DNA of 64,000 bases from Armatimonadota bacterium (GTDB taxonomy: Bacteria; Armatimonadota; SYMT01), in contig JAWLHY010000003.1 in the NCBI GenBank assembly GCA_041690135.1, positions 1 through 64,000 on the forward strand. Direction: 5' to 3'. The notes beneath the pieces are model-generated. The model searched no databases. It was not told the DNA's origin and saw only the letters and a program-made list of their open reading frames with translations. Of this stretch, positions 31,115 to 41,174 are shown piece after piece; within the stretch, counting starts at the first letter, position 1, and each line of letters opens with the position of its first letter. The translations under genes were made by a program, and so were the position numbers.

Positions 31115-31963
31115 GTGAGCCTGGGGGAGGGGGTTGGGATCACCTGCCGGTTGGAGGTACTGCCCGGAGAGCGCGTACGGGATCGCCTGGAAGCGGCCCG
31201 TCGCTACGGCTTCGACGGCGTGGCGCTGCCGGGGCGGTACCTGGACCGCTACCGGGAGGAGCTGCGAGCCTGCGTGCGCGATTCCCCGGTGCCGCTGGAC
31301 GCGCTGTCGCTCGGGTTCACTGGCTCGCTGGTGAGCCCGGATTCCGCTGTGCGGCGCGGCTGCCGGGATAGCCTGTTCCGGCTCTTCGATCTCTGCGCCG
31401 AGCTGGGCGTGGGGAAGTTCAACATGCCCCCGGCGCTGATCCAGGACAACCCGATCCGGCTCACCGGTCCGGGACCCTATCCGGATGTCACCGCGGCGCA
31501 GGATGCGCTGCTGCTGGAGCAACTTCCGGCGCTGGCTCGAGAGGCCGCGGCGAGGGGCGTGCTGTTGCTGCTGGAGCCGGTGAACCGGTACGAGTCGGAC
31601 TACCTGAACCGTCTGGAGCACGCCGCGCGGCTTTGCAGGGAAATCGACCATCCCCACCTGGGCTGCACCGCCGACTTCTTCCACATGCAGTTGGAAGAGC
31701 TGAACCCGGCGGAAGCGATCCGTAGTGCCGGAAGCGGGCTGCGGCACGTTCACGTGGCGGAGAACACGCGTGTCGAGCCGGGGCCCGGAACCCTGGACTT
31801 TCGCCCCGGGTTCCAGGCTCTCCGCGAGATCGGCTACACCGGCACGCTGGAGGTGGAGTGCCGGTCGCTCTCCGGCCCTCCGGAGGAGGTGTTGCCGCGG
31901 TCCGTTGCTTACCTTCGGGGGCTGTGGCTAGAGGCTGAAAAAGACAGGGGCCACGGGTTTTGA
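31115..31963 (+). CDS. Sugar phosphate isomerase/epimerase (xylose-isomerase-like TIM barrel)
   Basis: LEPVNRYE, DFFHM..EE, HVHVAEN.R..PG.G..DF. Confidence 0.9.
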   Translation: MSLGEGVGITCRLEVLPGERVRDRLEAARRYGFDGVALPGRYLDRYREELRACVRDSPVPLDALSLGFTGSLVSPDSAVRRGCRDSLFRLFDLCAELGVGKFNMPPALIQDNPIRLTGPGPYPDVTAAQDALLLEQLPALAREAAARGVLLLLEPVNRYESDYLNRLEHAARLCREIDHPHLGCTADFFHMQLEELNPAEAIRSAGSGLRHVHVAENTRVEPGPGTLDFRPGFQALREIGYTGTLEVECRSLSGPPEEVLPRSVAYLRGLWLEAEKDRGHGF

Positions 31964-32076
31964 CCCGTGGCTGACTGACCGAAGTCCGCCTGCGCCATCG
32001 GGGCATGCGTTCCCGAACGGTCTCCTCCCCGGATTGAAATCCGTGGCTGACTGACCGAAGTCCGCCTGCGCGGACT
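31948..32076. repeat. REP-like doublet
   Basis: Exact 31-bp direct repeat CCGTGGCTGACTGACCGAAGTCCGCCTGCGC at 31965-31995 and 32041-32071; palindromes GCCACGGG..CCCGTGGC and AGTCCGC..GCGGACT. Confidence 0.75.
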
Positions 32077-32294
32077 CAGGTGACATCGAGAGTACGCCTG
32101 ATACATTCGAATACCAAGTGGAGTCATTTGCCGCACGGGTTCGCATTCTATCGGTGGAAGCGGAGTCCCACACGGCATGACAAGTACGTACCCAGGCCCA
32201 GGCAGGCATCGGAGAGCCTGCCCTACTTCTACCGATGCGAGAACAGAGGCCACCCCGGTTACCAGACAACCGGGTTTGCGTGGCCAATGTCCCA

Positions 32295-33161
32295 CTAGGG
32301 TTCGTCGTAGCCTTTGAGCTCGCGGACCCAGACGTTGCGGTAGCGGACCGGGTTGCCGTGGTCCTGGAAGCTGATGGGGCCTTTAGGACCATGGGGCGTG
32401 TACTTGGGTAGCGCTCGGAAGGACATGGGGCCCAGCAACTCAACGGCGTGGTGGACCGCTACCCCGTTGTGGAGCACCGTCACCACCGCCGGAGAAATGA
32501 GCTTGTCGCCGTCGAACCGGGGCGCGCGGAAGAGGATGTCGTACGTCTGCCACTCGCCCGGCTTCCGCATGGCGTTCACCAGCGGCGGGAACTGGCCGTA
32601 GATGGCGGATGCCTGCCCATCGGGATAGGTGGGGTTCTGGTAGCTGTCGAGCACCTGGACCTCGTACCGGCCGAACAGGAACACGCCGCTGTTGCCCCGC
32701 CCCTGGCTCTCGCCCTGGATCTGGGTGGGGGCGGACCACTCCACATGGAGCTGGCAGTCGCCGAACTCGTCGCGGGTGTAGATGGCGCCCCCGCCGGGCG
32801 TGCCTTTGGGCGGCACCACCATGGCGCCGTCTTCCAGCTTCCAGCCGGAGGGGTTCCCCTTGTCGTCGCGCCACTTCGCGAGGTCCTTCCCGTCGAACAG
32901 CACCACGGCATCCGAGGGCGGCTGGCCTGGGACTTCCTGTGTGCTGAAGGTGCCGGGTTGAACCACCTTCGGCTGCGGGCGGGTGCCGTCGTGGACGCGC
33001 CATTTGCCTCCGGGGAGAAAGGGGGTATCGGTATAGCCGAGCTGCTTGCCCTGGGCCTGGGCGCTCAGGCCGATGAACACGCCGGTTCCGACGGCGGCCG
33101 TCAGGGCCAGGGTGAGGCCGAAACCGCGCTTGAGGCGGGTGGATAGGGATGGGTTCTTCAT
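32295..33161 (-). CDS. DUF1080 (3-keto-disaccharide hydrolase-like) protein
   Basis: PPSDAVVLFDG, FGDCQLHVEW, GNSGV, YEVQVLDS, QDHG.PVRYRN. Confidence 0.92.
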   Translation of the reverse strand: MKNPSLSTRLKRGFGLTLALTAAVGTGVFIGLSAQAQGKQLGYTDTPFLPGGKWRVHDGTRPQPKVVQPGTFSTQEVPGQPPSDAVVLFDGKDLAKWRDDKGNPSGWKLEDGAMVVPPKGTPGGGAIYTRDEFGDCQLHVEWSAPTQIQGESQGRGNSGVFLFGRYEVQVLDSYQNPTYPDGQASAIYGQFPPLVNAMRKPGEWQTYDILFRAPRFDGDKLISPAVVTVLHNGVAVHHAVELLGPMSFRALPKYTPHGPKGPISFQDHGNPVRYRNVWVRELKGYDEP

Positions 33162-33315
33162 GGTCTTCACCTGCGAAGGGAGGCGAGGCCGCACCGCTCG
33201 CATCCGCGGTTTCCGGAGCCGTCACGGAGAACCGGTTGGTGCGGTGGCTGGTCGCGGTAGGAAATCCGTTAACGAAAGGTCTCTTCCGCTTTCGGCCTCC
33301 AGAGTCCTCCGGTAG

Positions 33316-33918
33316 TCAGGGGCGGGAGACCCGGAAGCCGACCTCGTAATCGTCCCACGGCTCGCTGACCACGCGGTTCCGGCAGGAGCCTTCGAATTCC
33401 ATCCCGTGGGTATCGATCAACTCCACCCGCACCACGCCGCGCTCGCCGGGGGAAAGCAGCCCGGCGTGGACGACCGCCGCCGCGAGCTTCGAGTCGAGGG
33501 TGTAGAGATCCGTGCCCCACAGGGGGCCGCCGGTCTGGCCCACCACTTCGAAGAGGAAGCTCCGTCCCACGTGGTGCACGTAGCCCTCCAGTGTGTCCGG
33601 CCCCGGTTCCACGGCTCTGCCTCCCTGCCGCAACCGGCGGATCTCCGCGCGAATCGCTAGGGCTTCATCGAGCAGTCCCTCGCGGGCGTACTGCGTCTGG
33701 AGCGGCTTCAGCTTCTCCGCCAGTTCCTGTTGAAGGGCCTGCACGCTCTCATCGCGCTTTTCCTGCAGCAGGGTGAGATCGCGGTCCGCCTTCTGGCGGA
33801 TCCGGTGCGCCTCCCGCTCCGCCTTGCCGGAAACCACCTCGATCGCGCGGGAGGTCGCCTCGATCAGGGTGCGCGCATCCGCCGGAAGATCCTCGTCCAG
33901 ACCCACCTCGAGACTCAT
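33316..33918 (-). CDS. Coiled-coil + LCCL domain protein
   Basis: WGTDLYTLDS.LAAAVVHAG LCCL motif; AGGAG RBS. Confidence 0.8.
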   Translation of the reverse strand: MSLEVGLDEDLPADARTLIEATSRAIEVVSGKAEREAHRIRQKADRDLTLLQEKRDESVQALQQELAEKLKPLQTQYAREGLLDEALAIRAEIRRLRQGGRAVEPGPDTLEGYVHHVGRSFLFEVVGQTGGPLWGTDLYTLDSKLAAAVVHAGLLSPGERGVVRVELIDTHGMEFEGSCRNRVVSEPWDDYEVGFRVSRP

Positions 33919-34101
33919 GGTCCGCTCCTCGTGCGCCCGCTTGCAGGGAAAGCGCGAGACTTGCTTACTTCTCCGACCCATGTCCGACACATCGCTCGGG
34001 AGTTCCTACTTGTTTGCCGAAACGGGACAAGGGGGGAATGCTCCCGTTTGCGAACTCTTCTGATAGACACATTTCGAACGGGGCCGGACGGGAGAGGGTT
34101 T

Positions 34102-35280
34102 ATGGAGCCGAAGGTCGCCTATCTGGCGGATGGAAAGCTGTTCCTGCACGACGGGGGAGCCGCTGCGCGCGAGGTGGGGAGCCGCTACGCACAAGAGATG
34201 GTGGAAGACCTGCAGCGGGCGCGGCAGAAGAACGAGTGGAAGACGCGCAGCCAGACCGGCCGCATGATGGCGGGAGGTATGCCCTGGGGGGTGGATTCCT
34301 CCGACCCCTCCGCCCGGAACTTCCGGATCGTGGGGGTCGCGCCGGGTGAAGAACCGGGGAGCCTCCTCTACGCGCTCGACACCGGCACCGTTTCCGGTCT
34401 CTTCCGGTACGAGGTGGCGGAGGATGCCGAGCACCGGCTCTTCCACAACAACCGGTTCCACATCCGCCACCTGGCGCCGCACCCGGATGGAAAGCAGGTG
34501 GCATTCTCCAACGCCAACGACGACGGCACCGCCGGTATCGCCCTGATCCCGATGAATGGGAACGGTCTGCAGGTGCTGACGGAAGGGGACTCGCAAGACG
34601 AGGCCCCCGCCTGGGTGCCGGGTGGGGGCAACCGGCTGGTGTTCCAGTCCGCCGGGATTGGTCGCAACCAGGAAGGCCACTTCGCCGGTATCGGCCCCAC
34701 CGCGATCCAACTCCTCGACCTGGACCGCGAGGACCTGGAGACGCTGCTGGAAGACCCCAAGATAGACTACCTCCTGCCCCGGATGACGGCGGACGGCACG
34801 CTGTACTACATCCGGCGGCCCTACCAGCCCCACCGCGCGCCGGGCGCCGGCCACCTGATCAAGGACCTACTGCTCCTCCCGGTGCGCATCGTCTTCGCCC
34901 TCTTCGGCTTCCTCAACTTCTTCTCCCAGGTGTTCGCGGGCAAGCCCCTGATGACGGCCGGCGGCCCGAAGAAGGAAGGGTCCGACCCCCGCTACGTGAT
35001 GCTGTGGGGGAAGGTGGTGGACGCCGAGCGGGCGGAGCGGGCAGCGAAGAAAGGGGAGCCGGCCGCCCTGGTCCCGAAGGACTGGGAGTTGATCGCCCGC
35101 ACCGCGGACGGAACGGAGCAGGTTCTGGCCGAGAGCGTGGTCTCCTATGACCTGAGCCCGGATGGGAGCGTGGTGTACACGGACGGGAGCACGATCTATC
35201 GCTTGAGCCCCAAGGGGGAGAAGGAGCGCCTCGGCGGAGGTAAGCGGATCGAGCACGTCATGATTCTCGACCGGTGTTGA
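34102..35280 (+). CDS. TolB-like beta-propeller protein
   Basis: PDGKQVAFS, LTEGDS.DEAPAW, SPDG repeats; one internal hydrophobic segment. Confidence 0.75.
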   Translation: MEPKVAYLADGKLFLHDGGAAAREVGSRYAQEMVEDLQRARQKNEWKTRSQTGRMMAGGMPWGVDSSDPSARNFRIVGVAPGEEPGSLLYALDTGTVSGLFRYEVAEDAEHRLFHNNRFHIRHLAPHPDGKQVAFSNANDDGTAGIALIPMNGNGLQVLTEGDSQDEAPAWVPGGGNRLVFQSAGIGRNQEGHFAGIGPTAIQLLDLDREDLETLLEDPKIDYLLPRMTADGTLYYIRRPYQPHRAPGAGHLIKDLLLLPVRIVFALFGFLNFFSQVFAGKPLMTAGGPKKEGSDPRYVMLWGKVVDAERAERAAKKGEPAALVPKDWELIARTADGTEQVLAESVVSYDLSPDGSVVYTDGSTIYRLSPKGEKERLGGGKRIEHVMILDRC

Positions 35281-35282
35281 GG

Positions 35283-35558
35283 CTCCAATCATACTTGCGG
35301 AAACTGATGCGGGAGTGCTGAACCTTCGCCGCCAACTCGGGCGGCAGGTGGCGGGCGAGGAAGTCTCGCGGGTCCGGATCAAAGTCGCGCCGGTACCACT
35401 TCAGCAGGGGGCTCGTTACGATCCGGTCTCCTTCTACCTCGGTTTCCGTGCCTAAATAGGAACGGGTCGCAAGGTCGAGTTGCATGTCAATCCGGTCGGG
35501 CGTGTAGTAGGCGATGGGCGGGCAGGAGCGGCTGCCGCAGTTGAGGGCGAAGTGGACC
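35283..35558 (-). pseudogene. Orphan 3' fragment of the DUF547 gene (duplicate of 41191-41466)
   Basis: Encodes VHFALNCGSRSCPP...YDWSLN, collinear over 276 bp with the intact gene end; no 5' part. Confidence 0.85.
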
Positions 35559-35568
35559 AGGTGGAACC

Positions 35569-37023
35569 GGGTGTGATTACGAGGTACGGTAACTGCACTT
35601 TTGGTGCCCCCGTGCGATTCACTTCGGGTAAGTGATCGCGGCCTCCTCTCTGCGGGCCGCCCGACCCGGAGACCTGCATGACCCCCGAAGAACGTCAACG
35701 CCGCATTCGCGAGGTCGCGGAGCGCCTCGCCGAGCGCCTCGCCGAACACTGGCCGGAAGAGGGAGCCGACATTAACGACCTTGAGGATTTCGCCGCACCG
35801 GGCACCCTCTGGGTGGAGGTCGCGACGTGCAGCGGGAGATTAATGAGGGAACGCTCCAAGAGGAATGCGGGCGCAAGGAAGGAAACCCGTCCGCCTATCC
35901 TTGTGGGGGCGTAGCTACCTACCAACGGCACCACGGTCTGACCTTGGTAACGGCAGCGGGCAGAGTACGAGTGCGTCGTCCCTACTATCATTGCGAGCGT
36001 TGCGGGCACGGGCACTGTCCGGCGGATGCGCGGCTGCATTTGGGTCCCAACAACACCACGCCGACGGCCCAGGCCGGGTGCCCCCTGGGCGTCGCGGTCC
36101 TCTCGACGCTGGAGCCGTACGTGCAGGTGGACGACCTGATCTTCCAACTCGGACTGCCACTGCAGGTGGACCTCAAGAGCACGGAGCGGGTCACGCAGGC
36201 CGTGGGCGCCTGCCTCACGGCGGCCGGGCCACGCCGTCCCCACGGGCGCACCGCGCGGCCGGTGGCTGTGGGCTTTGACGGGGTGATGATCCCTACCTGG
36301 GAAGGGCGCAAAGAGATGCGGGTGGGGGTGGTCTATGAACCCGACCCCGAAGCGCCCCGCACGCCGGCCGGGGAAGCGCGGCTGCGCAAGGAGTACTTTG
36401 CCACCAGCGGCAGTCGCGAGAGCCTGGTCGCGGCGGTGTGCGCGCGGGCTCGCGAACGCGCGGGAGGGGGCGTAGTGGCAGTGGTCTCGGACGGAGCGGC
36501 GCTCGAATGGGTGGACCTGGACCGGTATCTGCCGCTGCGGGTGGAGATCCTGGACTTTTACCACGTGCTGGAGCGGGTGGGCGAGATTGCGCGGGCGATG
36601 CATCCCGACGCACCCCAGAGTGCGAATGCGTGGCAGGCCGCGATGAAAAAGGAACTGTATGAGATCGGGCCGTGGGAGTTGCTGCGGAAATTGGTCGCTT
36701 GGGAGCCGGCGAGTGCGGAAGCGCAGGGGGTCCGGCGAGTCCAACTGGCCTACTTCCAGAAGCAACAAGATCGGATGCGGTATCCAGAGTATCTCCGTCG
36801 GGGCTTCCCGCTAGGCAGTGGCGCCGTGGAAGGTGCGTGTAAGCACGTCGTGGTAGATCGGATGCGGCGGAGCGGGATGCGCTGGAAGCCGCCGACCGCC
36901 GATCCCGTGCTGCAGTTGCGAGCGGCGTTACTCACCGAACCGCGTTTGGATTTCCGGAGCTACGCCGCGACCAAACCTGCCGTAGCTGCAGCGTAGACCC
37001 TACCGTACCAGAGAATCACACCC
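35569..37023 (+). mobile_element. ISKra4-family (IS256-related) insertion sequence, 1455 bp
   Basis: 23-bp imperfect TIRs (GGGTGTGATTacgaGGTACGGTA / TACCGTACCagagAATCACACCC); 9-bp TSD GGTGGAACC at 35560-35568 and 37024-37032. Confidence 0.9.
35678..36996 (+). pseudogene. ISKra4-type DDE transposase, frameshifted near 35800
   Basis: YYHCERCG, FDG, SDGA, LDFYH, GSGAVEGACK..RM...GMRW; N-terminus (35678) is in a different frame from the body. Confidence 0.85.
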
Positions 37024-37292
37024 GGTGGAACCCCTTGTGTATATTCCGCCGCAGCCGCCGCCGCGTGTTCCACGTATCCGCTTGCTTACTCCCGATGTGT
37101 GTCTCAGCTTGGGGGTTCACTTCAAATACAGCATACAAGAGATCAAAAACATTCTCGCCGTTGTAGGACAAGTAGCCTAACGTATGCTAACATAACACGG
37201 AGCCTCCCAGTGGACCAAGATGCAATGGACCGCTGGATGCAGTCAGCGGCAATGATGCCCGAGGCTGCCCGGTTAATCTCAAGGAGCATTTC

Positions 37293-38297
37293 GTGTTATT
37301 GCGTCATTATGTGGGTGAACTCAAATCCGCCCTAGTGACTCCTGTTGCTTGCCTCGTAGCAGGGCTGACGTTGCTCTTCTCCACTGGACCGGCGGAAGCC
37401 GGTTACTACGAACTCGTGCGTCACACGGGTTCAGGTACTCTGAATGGCAACCCCATTGAGAAGGGCGAGTACGATCCGTTCGAGAACGGGGATTGCACAC
37501 CAACTAGTGGTTCATACACCTTCACGGACACCTACGAGTATCAGTGGGTGCCGAATGGAGGTGACACCGTGGCCGACCCACCGGTAGAGACTGTGATTGT
37601 GGCGATGGCCGACGTCTCCTGGGGCGGATCTCCGACCGGAGCTTGGGAGCAAGAATGTAGCACTCAGGCTTCTGCGGTAGCAGGTGAGACCAGCTTGTCG
37701 GCAAGCTGGTATAACACCATTGATAGCCAGGGTGATGGCCAGTTCTACGAGGCGACTTCTGGAGGGGGCGTGCTCCACAAGGACGGCATTCTCTCCGGAG
37801 CAAATCCAGTGTTCGAAGTCACCTGGAGTATGTCCACTACAAGATCTGGATACAACCCCGCCCTCCAGGAACCGTACTGGGACTACATGACGCTCTCTCG
37901 GCAAGTTCCTGGCGGCAAGTATATCGCCATTTCGAGTGCCACAGTTTCCTCTCCACCGTTGACGAACCCTAATACCCCCATGCCGCTATCGGTTAATGGA
38001 GTGTGGACGACGGTACCTGGCTGCGGCACACTTCGACTGGAGTATTGGATCAAGTGCTACCACAAGGGAAGTCCAGGGAACTACACAACCACCCCAGGTT
38101 GGGAGGGTCATCCAACCAACAGCCCGAGTGGGACTTGGTCGGCCACATGGAATATTGCTTGGAGCGGCTATGGGGAGGCAGGAGTCGTCAAGGCAGAACT
38201 CTATTATGACTCCACACCCCTAGCTTTCGGCCCTACGTGGGTTCGATGCACACCTCTAGCGAAATCGTATAACACTCGGACTGTGGTCTCGCCGTGA
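37293..38297 (+). CDS. Secreted hypothetical protein (lower-GC island)
   Basis: Signal peptide ending PAEA; rich in T/G/S/W/Y; atypical codon usage; start uncertain. Confidence 0.7.
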   Translation: MLLRHYVGELKSALVTPVACLVAGLTLLFSTGPAEAGYYELVRHTGSGTLNGNPIEKGEYDPFENGDCTPTSGSYTFTDTYEYQWVPNGGDTVADPPVETVIVAMADVSWGGSPTGAWEQECSTQASAVAGETSLSASWYNTIDSQGDGQFYEATSGGGVLHKDGILSGANPVFEVTWSMSTTRSGYNPALQEPYWDYMTLSRQVPGGKYIAISSATVSSPPLTNPNTPMPLSVNGVWTTVPGCGTLRLEYWIKCYHKGSPGNYTTTPGWEGHPTNSPSGTWSATWNIAWSGYGEAGVVKAELYYDSTPLAFGPTWVRCTPLAKSYNTRTVVSP

Positions 38298-39763
38298 CTA
38301 CAAGAGGCTTGTGTGGCGTGAATGGCGCCTGGGCTTGGCTTATATTCGGTGTATACCCGATCATGGGCATAGGGCCAGCACGCGCAGATTCCAAGCAACT
38401 CCCCACACTCAGGGAACAGGCGCATTTCCGTGCGCCTGTTCTCGTGAGCGGGCGGCCATCACCACTAGGCGAAATCATCAAGAACGTCACGGGCGTGGTT
38501 TCGCGCATTGCGAACACTTCGCCGGATGTTCGTGTGCCCCGTGTAGTATTGGACCCAGGTATACATGATGAACGCGCGGTCATCACTGGCGGTGCGGCAC
38601 CCGCTTGGGAGATTATGGAAGGTCTGGCTCGATTGTCGCACACGAAGTGGCGTCAAATCGGACAAGATTGGGTGCTTTCTCCCATACCAGATCTTGCGGG
38701 GCTGGCAGTCAAAGATAATCAGGAACGTGTTGCAGCCTTGACTTCGAGAATTCAGCCGCTGAAGTCTCTTACTGCAGCACAAGTTCGCCTCCTTCAAAGC
38801 CGTCGCGTATTCCGATCTTCCGACTTGACGCCTCAACAGCGCGATGCGATGCGGTCTGTTGCTCGCCATGCCTATGTGTACTATGGCCCGAGTGGCATTG
38901 GCCGAGAGGCTTTAGAGCTCCACAACGTTTCGCTGAGAGTGTCGCCGTCAGCGTCAACTCTACCTAACACTCCCCAAGTCTTCGTTGATATTGTAATGCC
39001 TGCTGCCGACGGTGGAGATGAAACGCCCATTCTCTCCGTTGGGGTAGAGCAACTTCGCGCGATTCCGCTCTTACCGGCTAATTCGGAATTGCCTGCCCCG
39101 AAGGGCGAGCCGCCACCGAGTTTCACGGGCTGGACGTTGCCAAAGACCGCGTCGGACTACGTCGACGATGTGGCACTGGCGCCCAAAATAGGCAAAGCGA
39201 GGCTTGTCGTTCAATCAGCGTTATCGGCTCTTGGACGTTTGACGGCTGCGAACAGGACCCCTCGCCGGTTTATTTGCAATACTCGATTTCAATTCAGGGC
39301 ACTGCACGCTGCGAACGCGGAAAGTACTGGAACAGAGGTGATGCGAGTTGTTGAGAGGCGAACGGGTGGTCAATGGAGACGCATTGGCGACACCTATGTC
39401 CTGGAGACGGATCCCCTACTTGACCGACTCGGGCGGCTTGAGGGAACCGCACGGAGCGAGTGGTTGCTCGCCGCTTGCAAAGAGATGCACCGAAAGTTGG
39501 GCATCCGTTCCCGTGAAATACTCCATGGCAGAGGGATACTTACCAGTGAGGACTTGAATAAGGAACAGCAGCGCCAGCTTGCGTGGATCGCGGGAGTTGC
39601 GTTCGCGACCCGGAATTCCGTGGCTTTCGATGCACTGGAGCTAAAGAAAGCCTTCCTCAGGCAGCGAAGCGCGGATGCTGCATCGGGGTCACGTCGAAGA
39701 GTACAGTACATCGTACCCACTTACTGGGGTGGAGAGGAAGTATTGGCAGAGTTGCCAATCTGA
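38294..39763 (+). CDS. Hypothetical exported protein with internal duplication (lower-GC island)
   Basis: 489-aa ORF with GTGA overlap; two similar halves. Confidence 0.7.
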   Translation: MTTRGLCGVNGAWAWLIFGVYPIMGIGPARADSKQLPTLREQAHFRAPVLVSGRPSPLGEIIKNVTGVVSRIANTSPDVRVPRVVLDPGIHDERAVITGGAAPAWEIMEGLARLSHTKWRQIGQDWVLSPIPDLAGLAVKDNQERVAALTSRIQPLKSLTAAQVRLLQSRRVFRSSDLTPQQRDAMRSVARHAYVYYGPSGIGREALELHNVSLRVSPSASTLPNTPQVFVDIVMPAADGGDETPILSVGVEQLRAIPLLPANSELPAPKGEPPPSFTGWTLPKTASDYVDDVALAPKIGKARLVVQSALSALGRLTAANRTPRRFICNTRFQFRALHAANAESTGTEVMRVVERRTGGQWRRIGDTYVLETDPLLDRLGRLEGTARSEWLLAACKEMHRKLGIRSREILHGRGILTSEDLNKEQQRQLAWIAGVAFATRNSVAFDALELKKAFLRQRSADAASGSRRRVQYIVPTYWGGEEVLAELPI

Positions 39764-39952
39764 TCACGTTTGCGGGTCAGCCCACTAGTGGTAGCACCCC
39801 ACTTGAGCGTGGTCGAGGGTTAGAAGTCAAGCAGTGGGGCCGTGTGATTCAATTCCGGTGGGATGTCTACCAGAGCTTCCCGTCGTGATGAACCCATGGC
39901 CCCGGCAGAGATGTTCTGCGCGGCCGACACATGTCCTCGGCGTGGTCAAATC

Positions 39953-41144
39953 GGGTGCCCGTCAGGTTTTCGCGTGAACGGAGAGTGCGGTGGGGCGAAT
40001 ACGGGCGAGTACGGCGGCAGTCGCCTGCCACGCCGCTTTCCACCGGCCGCTACACTGCGCATTCCGGAGGGCGAGCATGGGGTTTACGTGCGCCTCTCCC
40101 CGGCCCACCAGTGCTGGTTCCCTTCGCTCCGCGCCCAGCGGACGCGGCTAAAGGTATGGAGATGTTCGGCCGCGTGCCAGAAGTCGAGCCCGCGGAACGC
40201 CTCCGGACAGTAGCGTTCCGGAAAGCGTGGACACCACGGGGCGCCGTCCGAGCCGAAAGCGACCACCGGAGCTTCCGCCAAGCCGCAGAGCGCCACTTCT
40301 CCGGTCGCTTGTTCCACAGATTCCTCGGCGGTTACCTTCCGGGAGAAATAGGAGAGGGCTGTGCACGGGGGAGTACCGTCCGCGCTCGGCTCTACCGCGC
40401 CGATCACCAACGTGCGCACTTCGGCCCACCGGCCGCCGGTCAAGGGGACATGTGCCTCATCGACACTCGTATACAACCGGTCCGGTGGGTCGTCTCCTGC
40501 CGCCACGGGGGCGGGGCCAAGACCAGCAGCACCGGCCCGGCCCGTTCTACGTACCGCCGCACCGTCGTTTCGCTAACCGGCGTGCCGGTGAAGGCGGTGA
40601 ACAACTCGCCCGCCCGCCCGAACGAAGGCACCATGTTGCCCGGCTGGACGAGCCGCTCGTGCAGCAACGGGGTCAGGTCTCCCGACCGGAGGCCCAGTTC
40701 TTCATCCAGAGGGGAAAAAAGCCTGCTCGCAACCGGAGCAGGTCGCATGTTCGCCAAACGGACCTCCTGATCTCCGTGGCCCCGCAGCGTCCGCGTTTTG
40801 GCGCCGCGGGGCTGCACCGGCACGCCGCGCGTGGGGCACACCGGGCGCTCCTCTGGAGGGTGGGTGGAGAAGAACGCGGCCTCGCTGTGCTGCGCCAGGT
40901 CTTGCACCAGAGTTGCTTGTAGACGGGTCAGTACGCGCTGGGCCTCCGCTTCGATGGCGGCCAGGGTGGCCTGCGGATGTTCCCGCCGCCACGCGGTCAA
41001 GTGCTCCTGGACTTCGGTGAAGATTTCGGACCAATCGGGCTGGAAATCATGTCGGGTCATCGGTGTGTCCACTGAAGGTTGAATCACAGTCCGTTCCGGA
41101 TGAGTCATTTATCTCCCATCGGCCCGAAACCCTGACGGGCACCC
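39953..41144 (-). mobile_element. Decayed ISKra4-family IS
   Basis: 20-bp TIRs GGGTGCCCGTCAGGTTTTCG / CGAAACCCTGACGGGCACCC (19/20); broken transposase (WRREHPQATL..IE, PLDEELGL, SDGAPW, LDFWHAAEHL) lacking its C-terminus; no TSD. Confidence 0.8.
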
Positions 41145-41174
41145 CGTTTCTGCAGTCCTGGTACTCGATGGACC

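Noticed and set aside
35569-41144. Composite transposon formed by the two ISKra4-like elements
   Set aside because: The TIRs differ, the left IS has its own TSD on both sides, and no shared outer TSD exists.
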